64,000 nt of DNA from Nitrospinales bacterium (GTDB lineage Bacteria; Nitrospinota; Nitrospinia; Nitrospinales; VA-1). How positions within the stretch are numbered: position 1 is the stretch's first letter; each line of letters starts with the position of its first letter. Under the pieces are notes generated by a model. The model had not been told where the DNA came from and did not search any database. It saw nothing but the letters and a program-made list of their open reading frames with translations. Positions 62,270 to 64,000 of the stretch are shown piece after piece. The translations under genes were made by a program, and so were the position numbers. The stretch is from assembly GCA_965223345.1 (NCBI GenBank), contig CBDCWG010000012.1, positions 32,001 through 96,000 of the forward strand. The letters run 5' to 3'.

Positions 62270-64000
62270 TCAGTTCAGAGTGTACGTTTCCCGGTCTTCG
62301 ATCAAATCGAGAGCCTGCACCGGGTCGGTTGTCGGGAATTTGCAAATGCTATTCTCGCACACATAAACGGTGGTGTCCTCTTTAAGTGAGACTTTTCCGG
62401 AAAAAATCGCAAAATCACTCTGTGCACCATTGGGCACATATCCCAGGATCTTATTGGGAATAAACCGCGATCGCAGCATTTTGAGAACGGAATTTTTTTT
62501 TGGCGAATCGGCCGGCCCCACCACAACAATCTCCTTGGCGCGGTCGAGATAAAAATCCAGAGCCACGAGCATCTGCGCGTGGGCTTTGGGAATGTCGATC
62601 GTCCGCTGCGCCGCCAGGGTCAAAATGGTTTTCGCTTTTTCCAGATAGGCTTTTTGCAGCGTGAACCCGTGCAGCCGGATGGCATTGAGGGCGGCGACAG
62701 CGTTGCCGTTTGGCCGCGCCCCGTCGGCGAAGGTGCGGCCGCGCACCGGCAGCAGGTGTCCGTTTTTCTCGGAAAGGAAATAGCCGCCGACCGCCGCATC
62801 CCAGAACAAAGTGCCCTGTTTTTCTTGAAGTTTCACCGCCCAGTCGAGCCAGGCTTCGTCGAAATCGGATTCATACAGGTGGATCAGGCCCTGGATGAGG
62901 TAGGCGTAATCGTCGAGCGACGCCGGATGCCGCGCCTCGCCGTCGCGGTAACGGCGCAGTAATTTCCCTTCGCTGTAAAGGTGCGTGGCGAGAAAGCGGG
63001 CGGCGTTCTGCGCGGCGGCGAGATAGCGGCTGTCTCCCAATATCTGGTGCGCCCGCGCGAACGCGCCGAGCATGAGTCCGTTCCAGGCGGTGAGGACCTT
63101 GTCGTCCTTCAAAGGCGCCGGACGCTGTTGCCGCGCGGCGCGCAGTTTCATTTGCGCCGACTTCATGAAGGGATCGGATTTGTCTTTCCAGAGCGCGCCG
63201 TCTTTCAGATACAGGATATTCGCCCGTTCGTTCTCATCGCCGAAATTGCCTTCCGGCGTCACCTCGTACACCTCGACGAAGCGTCCGTATTCTTCGGCGT
63301 CGAGGATGCGTTTGAGTTCGGCCTCCGTCCAGACGTAATAACGCCCCTCCTCGCCTTCGCTGTCCGCGTCCTCGGCGGAATAAAAACCGCCCGCCTTTCC
63401 GGTCATCTCTCTCAGCACATAATCGAGCACGTCGCGGGCGACCGCTTCGAACAGGGGGTCCTGCGTGATCTGAAACGCTTCCAGATACACCGATGCGAGC
63501 AGGGCCTGGCTGTAAAGCATCTTTTCAAAATGCGGCGTGCGCCACGCACGGTCGGTGGCGTAGCGGTGAAACCCGCCGCCCACGTGGTCGTAAACCCCGC
63601 CGCGCGCCATGCGCCGCAGGGTCGAGACCACCCGGTCCAAAGGCCGGGCGTCGCCGCTGCGCAACGCCATGCGCAGCAGAACCTGCAACCGCAGCGCCGG
63701 AGGGAATTTGGGCGTGCGTCCGAAACCGCCGTGCTGCGGGTCGAAATCGTTTTCGTATTGCGCGAAGACGTCCCGGAAGATGGCATCCTCAAGCGCAACG
63801 TCACCGGCCTGGATCGCAGCGGACTCCTTGAGAAACGCCATCACGCCCTCCCCGACGGCGGCGATTTTCGCGGGCTCGTTTTTCCAGGCCGCTGCAAGCT
63901 CATCCAATGTCCGCAGAAGCGCCGCACGCCGGAGGTAAGTCGCACCGAAAAAGGGGATGCGTTCGGGAGTCATGACGATGGTCATGGGCCAGCCGCCCCG
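62270..64000 (-). CDS. Thioredoxin-domain / (alpha/alpha)6 protein, YyaL (SPATA20)-like (5' partial)
   Basis: GGWP at the window edge; motifs GGFGRTPKFP, YDHVGGGFHRY, PHFEKMLY, SAEDADSEGEEG, DDKVLTAWNGL and LDDYA. Confidence 0.92.
   Translation of the reverse strand, partial: RGGWPMTIVMTPERIPFFGATYLRRAALLRTLDELAAAWKNEPAKIAAVGEGVMAFLKESAAIQAGDVALEDAIFRDVFAQYENDFDPQHGGFGRTPKFPPALRLQVLLRMALRSGDARPLDRVVSTLRRMARGGVYDHVGGGFHRYATDRAWRTPHFEKMLYSQALLASVYLEAFQITQDPLFEAVARDVLDYVLREMTGKAGGFYSAEDADSEGEEGRYYVWTEAELKRILDAEEYGRFVEVYEVTPEGNFGDENERANILYLKDGALWKDKSDPFMKSAQMKLRAARQQRPAPLKDDKVLTAWNGLMLGAFARAHQILGDSRYLAAAQNAARFLATHLYSEGKLLRRYRDGEARHPASLDDYAYLIQGLIHLYESDFDEAWLDWAVKLQEKQGTLFWDAAVGGYFLSEKNGHLLPVRGRTFADGARPNGNAVAALNAIRLHGFTLQKAYLEKAKTILTLAAQRTIDIPKAHAQMLVALDFYLDRAKEIVVVGPADSPKKNSVLKMLRSRFIPNKILGYVPNGAQSDFAIFSGKVSLKEDTTVYVCENSICKFPTTDPVQALDLIEDRETYTLN

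Overview
GC-rich bacterial chromosomal window made up mostly of housekeeping genes. The gene repertoire suggests a Nitrospina-like (Nitrospinota) or deltaproteobacteria-like organism; this is inference only. Recognisable blocks: a 5'-truncated sulfite-oxidase-family molybdoenzyme; the oxidative pentose phosphate genes gnd-zwf-pgl; an AhpD-like/DUF3179/TVP38 cluster; TPR proteins; a pstSCAB-type ABC operon; a J-domain plus Sel1-repeat gene pair; class II ribonucleotide reductase nrdJ with tandem NrdR boxes; a frameshifted transglutaminase-like gene; guaBA; an Smr protein; an aldolase/SDR fusion; purSQLF; UPF0182; a radical SAM gene beside a radical-SAM-like gene lacking the cluster motif; mpl; dacB; pepF; valS; a RomR-like receiver/acidic-linker protein; a degenerate PHP-SH3 protein; and a partial YyaL-like gene. 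I found no rRNA, tRNA, CRISPR array, transposase or integrase. The best leads are the RomR-like polar scaffold beside valS, two probable pseudo-enzymes, a pseudoknotted candidate leader RNA, an unusual operator on the pst operon, several apparently leaderless genes and a homopolymer frameshift.
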